A stretch of DNA of 56,321 nt from Phoronis australis (lineage: Eukaryota > Animalia > Phoronida), in assembly GCA_002633005.1 (NCBI GenBank), contig NMRA01000626.1, forward strand, positions 12,308 through 68,628, read 5' to 3'. The translations under genes and the position numbers were made by a program. The stretch's first letter is position 1, and each line of letters opens with the position of its first letter. The notes beneath the pieces were generated by a model that did no database searches, was not told the origin of the DNA, and saw only the letters and a program-made list of their open reading frames with translations. Positions 1 to 12,296 of this stretch are shown here, piece after piece.

Positions 1-500
1 ATTGACAACAAAACATTGGTTTATTTTTCAGGAGTTACAGCCGCAAGGACCCGTACATGTAGATCTTAAGTATGTGCACGAGTTTTAACTGCCCGGACAA
101 CATGTATGACGTGGTTGCACCACCACCGAGTGTTTTATATAAATACGCCATTGCAGCAAGTCCATGATGACTGAGCAAAGACCTTTCAAACAAATTACAA
201 TCTCACAAAGCTTGTGAAACTTGTTCATGAAGAATTAATTTCTACTCAGAATAACACGGTGACTTTCAATGAGTTTCGCTACTTTCCAAAGGAAGGTACA
301 CACGACAATTGTCACTGGTAGTGAGCGATGCCAGAAAACTCGTTTGGCGGCAAAAATAGTGTGGATTATGAACGAAGAATAAATTCACCTTTCTGATAAA
401 GAACTACATATAGAGGTTGCCTATATGGTATGCAACCAAGCAAACATGGGGTTTATAGCAAACTTGTGAATACATCAACATGAACACACCATACAATATT

Positions 501-571
501 TCATAAAGATCCTTCAAGCACCATATGTAACGGACACGTCCAACAATGAAGGTCAGATGTATTCTCCTCAA
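501..571 (-). pseudogene. Short 3' exon of the Ig gene, (V)EENTSDLHCWTCPLHMVLEGSL*
   Basis: Acceptor gtgtttcag|TT at 572/571, phase 1, TGA at 503-501. Same length and 55/71 nt identical to 40589-40659. Confidence 0.5.
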
Positions 572-702
572 CTGAAACACATGCATTTTAATACCAACAT
601 ATCAATAAAAGCATCTGGAGCAATTATTTGTGTGCAACATCTGGATTGAAGAATTCACCAAGCTCGTCACAGCTATTCATCCTTTACGTCCTCCAACTAC
701 AC

Positions 703-2096
703 ATGCACAATAATTGTAGCAATGATGGAGACTTGTTTGGACAGTGTGTGTATCACACTACACACAGTGTTAGACGCATTACACATGTAGTTATCTCAAA
801 TTCAGTGATTGTGTTAAAGTCAGGCCCAGTAATAACACTACTTCTGTTGCCTGCTGGTACCGCATGTACTGGTGAGGTTCGGAAATGGGTGGGGATGACG
901 TGGCATCTCCACAAGTCAAACTGACTTGATCATTGATGTAGCAGTCAAATGTTGAAGTGCACCGAGCACAGGCGCTTGGGTTTATCGCAAATGACGTCAC
1001 TCATGATATATAAGAAAACATAAAGGTTGGACACTCGAAATCTGTTTGCTCAGAATTTTCTACTCAAATGGGCATGGAACTCCACGAAACTAGCATCGAA
1101 CAACTCTTAGAATACTTTCTTCCATTCGATCTCTTCAAATTGCCTTCAAGTGGTAATTTGGCGACAAAAATGCCAAAAGAATGCCAAAATCACAAATTCA
1201 AGGACCTAATTCCGTGATGTCATGGCAGACGGTCTTCGCACATCCGCGTTTTGACTGACGCTCCCGATCTAAATCTGAAAGTCTAATTTCGCGCGGCTTT
1301 CGCCGTCAATCCATCGACTACTTGATCATAAGAAGCAGAGAGCGCCTTATTGCCAAATAAATTTAATTACTCACATATTTTTGTCAAATATAAATTATCC
1401 TGATACTGTATTGATATGCGAAGTTTTTTGTGTACTGTGATTTCTTATGAACGTTTTACTTTTGGCCAAAACCATTGAGTTAATTCGTCGGCCACGCGCA
1501 TTGTAATACTTGCACGGACTGCGTTTCCTGGCCAACTTTGTGTTCAATCAAAAAAGTGCGTGATGTCAAGATGAGAAACAAGATACGCCAGTTTATGTAA
1601 TAAAATTCTAAGTTTAGGGCTAGAATGAGCCGTCAGTGGAATAAAGTTACAAATAATCATTAAAATACTAACTTTAACAGTCTCAATTAGTTGAGTTATG
1701 GATTAAAATTATTGAATTTGAAATGTAGGTTGCTTGCTCAAACTCAAAGTTTCATCTACGACAGGCGTACAAGTTGAAGCACAACTGAAATCCGCCATGT
1801 TTACTATTTCAGGTCCTTGCATTCAGAGTTTTGAGATTGTTTTGGAAATTCTATCGCCAATTCACCACTTACGAAGACAGTTAATGGGATCTAGGAAAGA
1901 TAAGGCTTCGAAGGTTTATGCAACACCAGACTGAGGGTGGTGCACGCAGATTTTATATGGATCTTGGACGGTTGAAGTTGGGAGATGCGGCTTGGCAAAG
2001 TTTAAGTGTCCAACCTTTATGTTTTCTTATTATTGAGTGACGTCATTTGCGATAAACCCAAACGCCTGTGGCACCGAGTGGTGAACGTCTTCCATA
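703..2096 (-). pseudogene. Degenerate C2-type Ig exon split by the 967-2070 insertion (exon pieces about 703-966 and 2071-2096)
   Basis: After removing the insert: INDQVSLTCGDATSSPP...YMRY (B-strand Cys, SxPP motif, Trp lost), then in another frame NYMCNASNTV (F-strand YxCxASN) and IIATIIVH. Acceptor-like tttaag at 2097. Boundaries approximate. Confidence 0.65.
967..2070. mobile_element. Non-autonomous TIR DNA transposon, 1104 bp, P-element-like or hAT-like, 8-bp TSD
   Basis: About 68-bp TIRs CACAGGCG(C/T)TTGGGTTTATCGCAAATGACGTCACTCA...AAGAAAACATAAAGGTTGGACACT. Exact TSD GCACCGAG at 959-966 and 2071-2078. CANRG start plus 8-bp TSD fits the P superfamily. Confidence 0.9.
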
Positions 2097-3936
2097 CTTA
2101 AATGTAATTAGCATCGGGTACAGGCAATGGTGTTAGTTAATGAAAAAGTCAAGGAGTACAATAAATTCTCAATATACAGCAGGAAGCACCTACTAAATGT
2201 ACTTGGCTCCAGTTATGAAACATAAATTGCTTGGAATCATAACTGCGATGTTTGGACATGTTGAAAGTTACCACAGCTCCCCCTAGTAGAACAGCTCATC
2301 TGTATCAATTCTATGAAAAGTTTATTGAAGTAACAACCACCAGTACTGATCAATGTTCTGTGATTTTTGATTCAAGAGTGAATACATTAAAGTAATTAAC
2401 TCATTAATCTAATAATTTATTCTTTAAGCAATTCAGTTTCAGATTTGGCGGAAAAAAAGTTTGCCAATAAAAAAGAAAGAAAAACCACGGAATCGTGGAA
2501 TCTTAATTCTGCATGAATCTTAAGTCGGCATGAACCATGGTGAAAAATGCACATCCCAGGGCAAGGAGGGACAATTTAGCCACCTTTTGACAAAACGCTA
2601 CATGTTCTAGTGAGAATGAGGCATTGTTATGTACGAAACCAATTTTGATAAAATACACACTGCTATGCAGAACTGTCAATGTTTAGTCTTTACATGGCAA
2701 CCTTTGGCTTGATAACATTAATTGATTCACCATACCCGTTCTTTTGCACTTTTTGCAGTGAATGTGATATAGTTTAAAGCATGCCACATTTGGAGTGTGA
2801 TTCAACCGCGGAGATATCCATGTTCGAAAGGTCTGAAATCTTGTAACAAATCATGCACAGCACCCTTTAACTTGTCCGTTTTATCTCACCTTAAATCAAC
2901 TTTAGAGCTCTTATCTCTTAAACATTGACTATTGAAAATACTTTATCACACTTTTAATCGATGATATCACTTCTAAACACTTGCACTGCGTTGCCGAGCT
3001 GGGGAAGATACATGTATATATGATATACCGGGACAGCATTTGCAACAGTACTTCGGCTGACAGCATTTAAACATCCTTAATGATCTGTGACAAGTCACCA
3101 GGTGATTTCAACACATGCGCATATTTTAACTTTTGGAAATGCAATTTTCAAAAAATAAATTTTAAAATGAATCATACTGGTATCAATTACATGACACTTA
3201 AAAGAATTTTAAACATTTTTTCGAAGCCTTCACATCAAAAATGCAGATCAACAATTCTCACGCACAATCTGCACCTTGGTACAAGATATCAACATATGCA
3301 AAAGCATTCTCATTGTCATAGTACGTTGACTTTTATACAAAAATGATCTTCTAATTGTCATAGGAAGTGCGGTCTAGATCAACAAAATTTGGCAGTACTC
3401 GTCTGCCAGATGTCCTGCAACCACCCTGGTTCAAAATATGAACAAACAAAATCTGAAGTATGCTTTCTGAAATATTGTGCCACAAGCGTTGAGGTATCTT
3501 ACACATGTATGGTCATGAAACCATGTTCCAGTAAAATTAAGTAAAGTACGGTCAAATCAACCAATGCTGTTGTACAGCACTTGGTAAAACTAATTTTTGA
3601 AACTTTGGTGGAAATATAGTAAGAAATGTAGAGTTGTGCAGGGAAGAGTGGGGATAAAATGACACCCAAAGTTATTACCGTAAACGTTTAGGTGTACAGC
3701 CTCGGTGCTTAAATTGGTGAAACTGTAAAGATAGAGAGTTGGTGCTTAACTTGAGATGGGCGTTTAACTGGAGATAGATACTTAAATCAGAATTATAAGA
3801 AATTGAGTTTGAGTGCTAGTCCAAACAACTCGTGCAAAAATATTTTATATTAGTAAGCTGGAATCATTGCACATGTCTTTTAAAACTAACACAGCTTCTA
3901 AAGTTATATAGCATCTTAAATCTTAAAAGGGCCTTC

Positions 3937-4128
3937 ACTATGCTAGCCCATTCAGGGCCCTTAGTCCTCAAAATTGGAGCTGAATACAGGCCCCATTCCC
4001 CTCTAATGCAAAATTCCCCTCATCACATAAAAAGTCCAAACTGAAAAATAAAAAACTCATCCATGATGTTAACCTCAAACAAACCCAAGAATATCGTATT
4101 CAAACTCAATGACTTTACAAACATACTG
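3937..4128 (+). repeat. 192-bp direct repeat, copy 1 (copy 2 at 4869-5060)
   Basis: actatgc(t/a)agcccattcagggcccttagtcctcaaaattgg...gactttaca(a/c)acatactg present twice, colinear, same length. Confidence 0.85.
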
Positions 4129-4129
4129 C

Positions 4130-4858
4130 AATTCCTCCGTCGTTCAGTCAGGCATTCAGAAGGTCTACAGTCATGATGTGCATCAACAACTGGAATTCTC
4201 TTCCAGTCTCTGTTAAGGAAAGCAACTCTTTTACGAGTATAAAAAATAATTTGGAACTGTTTTTCATAATTTTGATGACTCAACACCCTTGACTCAATTC
4301 TCCCTTAACCGCGATAACGAAATAGCATTGTACAGATCAAGATGTGGCCTTTTCCTCAACTCTGACAAGTTCAGGCACAACTTTAGTAATGTCTCTCTAA
4401 ACTGTAAATGTGGTGACCATCAATCTTATCCTCATATTTTCTTCAAATGTCCCCTCATCGAATCCGTGAGAGACTCACTCTTTCGTGCACTCAATGATAA
4501 CCAATCAATTGTTAACGCTCTCGATTCTTGTAATAATATACCTACTAGAGTTACATTATTACTGAATGGTAGTCCTAACCTTGACTTTGTTCTCAACGAA
4601 TTCCTCCTAAGCAACGTTAGCATCTGTACCGCATCTGATTTCCCTACATGAATCTGTACATATTTTTGTTTTTACATATCTGTAATAGCATGTCTAAGTA
4701 TTGGAATACTTATTTTTGATACTACTTAATTGTATATACCTCTATGTATATAAGTTTCATTTATGAATTGTTTATAACGCAGATATAATGCTTCGCGGTT
4801 TCTGGGTTTGTTATTAATTCTTTGTATGTTCTGTGTATCCTTCAATAAATACATATCA
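4130..4858 (+). mobile_element. 5'-truncated CR1/L2-group LINE: ORF2 C-terminus and 3' UTR
   Basis: NNWNSLPVSVKESNSFTSIKNNL (WNxLP motif), then CKCGDHQSYPHIFFKCP...R..LF...LLLNG (C-terminal CCHC motif of this LINE group), AT-rich tail with AATAAA near 4845. Confidence 0.8.
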
Positions 4859-4868
4859 CAGTGAAAAA

Positions 4869-5060
4869 ACTATGCAAGCCCATTCAGGGCCCTTAGTCCT
4901 CAAAATTGGGGCTGAACACAGGCGCCATTCCCCTCTCCTGAAATAATCAACTCATCATGTGAAAAGTCCCCACTGAAAGATCAGAAACTCCCCCATGATT
5001 TTAACCTCAAATAAACCGAATAATATCGTATTCAAACTCCCTGACTTTACACACATACTG
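4869..5060 (+). repeat. 192-bp direct repeat, copy 2 (copy 1 at 3937-4128)
   Basis: Colinear diverged copy ending in the same ...catactg terminus. Confidence 0.85.
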
Positions 5061-5845
5061 GTTTCCGTATACAGCAAATGCCACAAACAAGAGTGCCAGA
5101 ACCACTTTGGATCATTTCATACTCCAATATTGAAAACAAAAAACTAAAAGAAAACTTCTGTACGTCTTGTGCTCAAAATTCCACAGAAACAAGTTTTTCA
5201 AGAGAATTGTTGAAAGGAATGCGAGGGAGAATAGAAATATTAAGGAAAGCGTGTTTTAGTGATGAACTTGCTACTCACTTCTCTGCAACAGTTTCAAACA
5301 AACAGACCTTTCAACAGCTAGATCATGAGGAATATTGACTGTGGTCAACAACACTGTCAGAACAACAGTTGATCATTGCTCTTCTTGCCTTAATTCTAAG
5401 GTGAAAGATTAGGAATGAATGCTAAATTTGAGGATTGGGTAACTAACTATATTAACTGTTTTTAGAAATTAAAACATTCTATAGCTACTCTCTTCAATAC
5501 TATGCCAGCAAACTGTGTTCTGTGATAAATGATTGTTGTCTGTTTCTTACAAACATTGCTTATCTCTTGTTTAAGGTGTTAGTTAAAAGCGTTGGCATAT
5601 TTGGAAAGTTATTTCTGGGCGGAATCAGAATTCCACGTCAGACCATTCTATTTTCATGAAACAAAACGAAGAATAATTAACATGAAACTTGATAAGGTGC
5701 CTTAGTCATACTGTACTTAGACTTCTGTCGCCCTTATAGCTCTTACGATTAGTTAATGATGAAGGGAATGTGGCTTGATTACTTTTGTCTTGTGATGAAT
5801 ATCACGGTCACTTGTTCACCAGGATTAATGGGGAGCAAACATCAA

Positions 5846-6345
5846 AAGAGAATACCACCCAAAAATCCTATTTTGTATCAACTTTGCTCGAGTAGTTGTA
5901 CTTCACAAGAGCAAGTTTAGTTCTTTACCTGACACCTGACAGGAGACTGAGGTGTTGAAATCGACCAATGACGTCATAGATTCGATCTCAGACGGTTCAT
6001 CAATTGACCTTAACCAAGCTCCGCCTCCTTGCAAAATGTGGACAAACAAACAATAAGTTTACCCGGCAATGTGTTGTTTGGCGGATAAAATGGCGTTTTG
6101 GAAACGAAGGTATGTCAAGAATACTGCGTTCTGACTGGTCACATAAGCCGTCACTCAAAGATCTTGTGATAGGTCAATTCACAACACGCTTGCTGGTGAC
6201 AACTTATCGCTTGAATTTATCGTTTTACACTAATAAATCATCAAAACTTGATGTAAACTACGTACAAATACAAACATGTAGAGTTCTTAGAAAGGGGGTT
6301 CTTTTATTTCCCTGTTACGAATTTACAGTGCTGATCGAATCCAAT
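5846..6345 (+). mobile_element. Dispersed Kolobok-type terminal segment, paralogous to 50452-50780
   Basis: tcaa|AAGAGAATACCACCCAAAAA...ttacctgacacctg...gaggtgttgaaat...cttatcg...aataaatcatcaaa matches ttaa|AGGAGCATGCCACCCAAAAA... at 50452. Confidence 0.65.
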
Positions 6346-7170
6346 GTCCTATCGAACGAACTTCAGCCTCAGTCAGGCCTCGGGTGACCTTCAACCGGAG
6401 TGAGGTCAGGCTTCGCCCGGACGCGTTCTGAACTCGGTTGGGTTGTGACTCACCCTAAGACTGGCCTAGGTTGGACTCGGTTGGACTGCGGTTATTGAGT
6501 CATTAAATGTCCGGGGGGTTACCCCTGCATATGCTACCACTGACCGCTGAACCTGCACTCATGGCTTGATTTCCTCGCAGGTTTTTGTCANCGATCCCGT
6601 GTCGATTCTAATGCGGATGTGGTGGTGCCACCACTGGAGCGCTGCGGGTATGGGGGTACCACTGCGGAGCCAGGCAGGAATTTTAGAAAACTTGGCGATC
6701 TTACAGCAGTGATACTGTGCTCCCAGGGCGGTTTTAGCGGTGTTATTCAGGTGCTTGTACGGCAATGGCGTTTCCAATGAGTTTGCACTGAAGTTCATGC
6801 AAGGTGCTATTTCGGGCCACTTTTGTAGTGTAAAAGCTTCGTGTTTCTCCATAAATTTCAGTGTTCTAAAAGTTTGTACTTCAAAAGTTAAATGCTTCAT
6901 CGCGCTTGTGTTTCTCTTGGAACATATGAAGTACAAGAAATGGATAGTTTCCCACAAATAACAATTAAATAATGATATGGAAACAATGGTCAAATTTGAT
7001 GCCGAATTGTAGTGAGTCCTTTGGAAAAATTTGCTAATTTAATGAACAAACACTAGAGCGAGCAAGTTACTAAATAAGAATGTATAAACACATTTATCCA
7101 TCTAAAGTTATATAATAACATGCCCATACACAAATCACACGCATGACACAAATCATACAGTGAACATTAA

Positions 7171-7440
7171 AGTCCTTATCTCAAAGTGCATTATAGTTAG
7201 AAAACTTAAAAATATACACCACACTAAGTAATATGTAACATGAAACCATGTTCACATCTTTTCTGTTATCAAACTAAAAGCCTCTTTAGCATAATTTTAT
7301 TTCTCGGCCGAGAGCGGAAAATCATCGACTATTTCCGTGACATGACTTCCTGTGTGTCAGTTCAGGAACGATTCCTGAATGCCAGCCATGTTGCTTTTGA
7401 AAACATACATGTATTGACATCAGCGTGAGCGTAAAGGCGT
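7171..7440 (+). mobile_element. TTAA-flanked element end (Kolobok-like MITE), inverted paralog at 24008-24277
   Basis: Both copies begin TTAA|AGTCCTTATCTCAAAG and share a 43-bp identical core. Confidence 0.7.
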
Positions 7441-8710
7441 TGTTACTTTGTTTGCTTGTTTTTGATTTCCGTTTTGTTTTTATAGAAATTTGACTATTTA
7501 TTGTTATAATTTTACCTGTTCTTTGCATATGACGAATGGTATTTAGTGCATAATCATAACTTTGAAGTACCTTCGCAAAGTCTCCCGCGTAGCCAATGCT
7601 CAGCTACAGAGGTTAGGTTTGACTCATCGCGAGGGTACGCCAGATTTCAGCAACAGTACCTGTTTAGGTAATAAATTAGAGGAAATATTGATCAACAAAT
7701 GTCTCATCTTTAAAGCCATATCTTGAAATTGATTCAAAGTACCAGCCTGAACTGAGCAATTACCGTGTCACGGTGACTACCCGGACGTGCTAGCGCAGTG
7801 CGTAATTGGCAGCAAATCGGTACCGGCTTTACTGGCCGTTGAAAATGTAAAATAGAAAAAAATACATCCATATACGGCGATGTTTCGACAAACAAAAACA
7901 AGTTTTATGTCAAAACACTGATCTCCACATCTGTGCTTGATTTTGCTGCCAGCACACAGTAATCGGCGAAGTACCGGTAATTCCTTGGCCTGCAGTCGCC
8001 GTGACTACTATTCGCCGGGAAAATAATCACTTGCTAAATTGCCTTTGATTTTCAATAACATGTATCAACAAAATATATTTTCAGACCTCAAAAAACAAAC
8101 TTACAATATCATATGCCTCTGTTGTCTAACTATAAAAATTCCACGTCGCAAACTGGGGCGAGGAGAGTGTAGTGTTTTTTCGTCAATGAGCTGAATGTCG
8201 GCGATAGAAAAATCCAGGACCGTTAGGAGCATGACGTGTTATTTTTTAATCTGTTTGTCACGGGAATTTCACTCAATCAGGGGCGGGTAGCTAATTAGTA
8301 TTTTCATCTTGTCCCGCGGAGCACAGATGTCTGTCTGCGCACGGCAGGTCAGGCGGTCCGGTTCCGCCAGCTAGCAGCGTATACGAATGTTTCTGGCTAA
8401 GTGGGAATTATGCCTTTTACTTAGACCTAATTAAAACTGCCCGGCCGTAACGAAGTCGCATCTAAATTTATTTTCCATATTTACGCAATTTTAAATGTCA
8501 GAATATTCTAACTGTATCGCAATTTTATTCAATAATTTGAAGTTGCAAGTTCGTTGTTCTTTTTATACTGTTCGTTTACCAGAGTTATTTAAACCCAGCA
8601 AAATACGCTTAACCTGGCTTGGCGGCCATGAGTCGGCCCGTTGTTAATGAATCGTTGCCGCAGGACTACTAGTCAGTAGCTTTATAAAAATGTCAGAAAC
8701 AATCTTTGCA

Positions 8711-9145
8711 CGAGGGTTGTTCAATAAGTTCTCGGCTTCAAGAAGAAAACAGGGATGCACGTTAATTTTTTCACACGATTGTAAAATTCCATCTTTTATA
8801 ACAATACTGCGTTCATGCAGAATTATTACGGTCAACTACCGCTAGGTAGCGCTGCATCAAAACAGCAGACAACAACACGCTAAGTAGTGGAGCCGTCATA
8901 AATGTTTTGGGGTAAAAAAGGAATGAAACCAAATGATATTCATGAAGAGATTCGAAAAAAGGTTGGAATTTGACTCCCCGAGTTACTCAATGGTATTAAA
9001 AGTGGTCAGCGTGTTTCAAGAGGGAGAGAAAGCGTTGAAGATGACCCTCGTCCAGGACGTCCCAAATCGCCGACCTCCAGTAAAAATGTGCAGAAAATTC
9101 ATGCAATGCTTATGAATGACAAACAAATGACTGTTCAACACAGTT
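8711..9145 (+). mobile_element. Mariner remnant: left TIR and frameshifted N-terminal transposase HTH region
   Basis: TIR-like CGAGGGTTGTTCAATAAGTT. Joined frames read KKGMKPNDIHEEI...DSPSYSMV...GRESVEDDPRPGRPKS...NVQKIHAMLMNDKQMTV, the mariner GRP linker pattern. Confidence 0.85.
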
Positions 9146-9469
9146 CGAATGTAGTTATACAACCGTAGCAGTCTATGAGTCCTCCTGCTCCTCACGGTTC
9201 AATAACTCCGAGAACGAAGATTCCCGCAGGAACCGCGATAATACATGTACATGTAAGCTCTGCAAGCTGTTTGTCGTGGGCACCGTTGTGGTGGCCGGTG
9301 ACAGTGCTCGTTCCTGGGTGCATTGCTTTCTGGATCCACGACGAGCTTTGTAAGTTCCTGACGGAGGTTGCTTTGGCTACGGACTGTGGCCAATTCTGGG
9401 GGGCGGCTTCCATGGAGAGTCGCAGCTGGAACTGCTGCTGGGACTGCTGCTGAGCCTGTTGCTAGGGTT

Positions 9470-10085
9470 CCTCTGGCACGATCATCCAAATCCAAGTAGC
9501 GTGCAAGTAGAGCAGAGTGCTCTGCTTGGAACAGGCGCCACAGAGTCAGATGGAACCCCATCCTTGCAGATTTGACACAGTCATCTCAGGACTCCCTCTC
9601 GGTCGCTGGCTTGATCAAGTTGATCAACTTCTGTTGGAACTCCATTGACTGACGCCGTCTCTCCTCCAGAGTAGGTAACAGTTTATCCTCAACAGGCTGG
9701 GCCATGGCTGCCGAGCACTTAGGCACCGCTAAAAACAGGAGCATCACATCGGGTGAGAGCCACGGTCTTGAATGAGTTGCAGTTGGAGTCAATCGCTGGA
9801 TCATCAGAGTCTACAGCTGGGCCATCAGAGCCTATTGCTGGACCATCCGTCAGGCCCTCTGCAACTTCGCTCTCCAAGTCTATGTATATGCACAGCGTCC
9901 GAATAGAACGATACCATACCTGCAGGAATGCTACTGGCTTATCAAGGCTGGCTGCCTACTCAGCGCCCGCCTTCTTCATCTTATCTTTATAAATATTGGG
10001 GTTTGATCTTGTTATAAATCTCCGGACGGTCACCTAGCTAGACCGCCATGGCCTCTTCCTCCTCCTCCTCATTGAGATCAGTACG
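9470..10085 (-). pseudogene. MADF/Myb-SANT DNA-binding ORF remnant, typical of PIF/Harbinger ORF2
   Basis: Joined frames: LNEEEEEEAMAV...PEIYNK...YKDKMKK...AASLDKPVAFLQVWYRSIRT (MADF pattern), then a low-complexity linker and TERES...FHLTLWRLFQAEHSALLARY. Stops and frameshifts present. Confidence 0.7.
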
Positions 10086-10650
10086 GACTTATTGTTCATT
10101 GGTGGCTGCATAGATTATAGACAGCTGATTCGCAACTCCGACATTTTCTTCCGTGCTAACCAAGAGGAGGTGCCCCTCTCCTAAATTATCTGGTGCAGTT
10201 TACGGTCAGCGTATTGTGACGGGAAATTCTCGAATTCAATCTACTTTACTGTCCAGTCCAACGAAAAATATAATAGATTCGGCATTGAAACGCTCTCAAA
10301 AGTCTTCCAATAGTAGAACTGTTGGTATCCTGAGTACTTTTGGCAATGTTACTGGTCATTAATTGCAAAATTTAAAGTTCGGTGCTTGCAAAATAGCAGC
10401 CTAGTTACCGGACATTTAAGGACTCTAGACTCAAATACTGAGAAAAAAACGAGAGCGTATTTGTGCAAAAATTCTAAGAAGTAGCTGGGAATGCACAAGC
10501 TAATTATATAACGTTTTTATTTCAGAAAATTATTAATTTTGTTAGGAAAAAAGCGCCTCTGTCACCATTTAACTGGTATAACTTGCGTATGTTTATAATT
10601 CAACATTCCCAATTGAATGTTTCTTTTGGGAAGTGTTCAGTGGCCCTTAC

Positions 10651-10934
10651 AAGGGCCGTTGGTTGTATTATGCTTGAGCCTTAGTGATAACGTGAAATGG
10701 TTCTTAAAAGAACCGTTGAACAATTCAACATAAATCACGCAGTATACAGTGCTGCATTCAAGTCCCGAAGGTCCACTTCACTCAAGTTTTCCTCAGGGAA
10801 GGTTGGACGGAACCAGAGAACATGACAATATCGATGACTGTTGTAACACCTTAAATAGATATTAGCGTTCACCAACGTTGTCACGAACCCTGCCTCGTTC
10901 AGCTCTTGATCCTGGATCCACAAATAATCCTGAA
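10651..10934 (-). pseudogene. Degenerate third Ig-like exon of the IgSF gene
   Basis: (V)QDYLW...TTLVNANIYLRC...HVLWFR...DLNAALYT, then with a 1-nt shift CVIYVELFNGSFKNHFTLSLR...NGP T|GTAAG. Length 284 = 285-1, as expected for a phase 1-1 exon with a 1-bp deletion. Acceptor reads ttttttccctacGG instead of AG. Confidence 0.55.
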
Positions 10935-12039
10935 CCGTAGGGAAAAAAGACATACAACATAACGAATTAAATTTTGAAAATCATCGCCTTTGTACGATTG
11001 CTAGTTGTTGTCGCGAGACTGATGTTCCTCCCCAACAACCATTTTCATAATAGACGTTGCAAGTGATGGAAACTTGTGTTCTAAACTTTACTCTTAAGAT
11101 TAGCATGGTCACACCAAGTATTGAAGGCATATTAAAATTATTTTTCTACGATTTAGTGGTGTGCCCGTGAACGCAGTCTCGGGGGTCAGGCACCATATCA
11201 CAGGCACACAACTAACATTTTGAGGGAGAGTTCGAATTGCACATTTTCTCTGAGGAGAGTTCGATTTTCAAACGTTTGGACCTTAATTGCTAGCGGCGGC
11301 GTTCTTCCCTTGTTAGCCGGTTAGCCACGTCAGCCATTACGCCAGTCAGCATTTTTTGAGTCCCACTTGCTTGATTCCTGGTCAACCCTTTTAGGCCTAA
11401 GTGCTCTTTCGCTTGCTAATTAGCTTTCATATAGAACCCACTGCCGTGTAGGCTTAAGCTGATGTCAAAACTTTGAAATTGTATCTTTGTGTGTTGTGTA
11501 CAAAGTTAATTGGCACTTGGTGCGTGAGTTAAAAAACCCTAGATGTACAGGCATTCAGAGTTCATCAGTGAACGGGACGAGACGTCTATTTCGAAATCGG
11601 CAAAAATATTCTACATGTAGAATACCATTCAGGTATTTAGGATATATCGATGACTAAACAATGAAGTGAAGTGTACCTGACTGGGAAGCAAACTGTTTTT
11701 TAACTTTCTTCCGAGCCTCGTCTTTGGGAAACCCTACAAACCGTTGGCACACCCTTTTCAATGGGGGCCGCACAAACCTGCCACACGGCTTTCCCCACAG
11801 CACCTTTTTACACTTGTAATGACTCGCTCGAACTAGGGATTACAGTGTGCCTATTGCCAGGAATCGTAGAGTAAGAAGGAATTTATAAATTGACAGGCAA
11901 TGGAATGCAGTGTTACGGCAGATTAATAAGACGAACTAGGAAGACTTAAAATCATTTATGATAATTGTTGTCTCTGAACTGATTTGCAGTGTATCTCAGT
12001 GATCTTTTGATGTTTTCATCTCTCGCTCGTATTTATTTT

Positions 12040-12296
12040 GGAGTACGATTTAAAGCACACTGCCAAACTAAGTTGAAATTTGGAGCATATACTCGGAATT
12101 TTTACTAAGAAGCGTACTCCAAATATAGATGAGATACACTTCACTTTAAGTATACTTGGACAGTGAGTATACTTGCTCGAAATTTCGAGTAAAGATTGTT
12201 GGAGTATGACATTGAATACACCAAAGCTGAGTCTGTACTTGAGTGTGAGTTTGAGAGCGAGTGGAGTCTGAGTATAGAGATTGGAGACCGGGCCCC
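12040..12296. mobile_element. Harbinger-like MITE end with GAGTnn hexamer periodicity
   Basis: Run of gagtct/gagtgt/gagttt/gagagc units ending gagaccGGGCCC. Related GGGCCC/GGGCTCC-ended segments at about 42700-42980 and 54500-54840. Confidence 0.4.

Noticed and set aside
967-1000. CACAG end as a RAG recombination signal sequence
   Set aside because: Heptamer is CACAGGC, there is no nonamer at 12 or 23 bp, the two TIRs are symmetric, and the TSD is 8 bp rather than 5.
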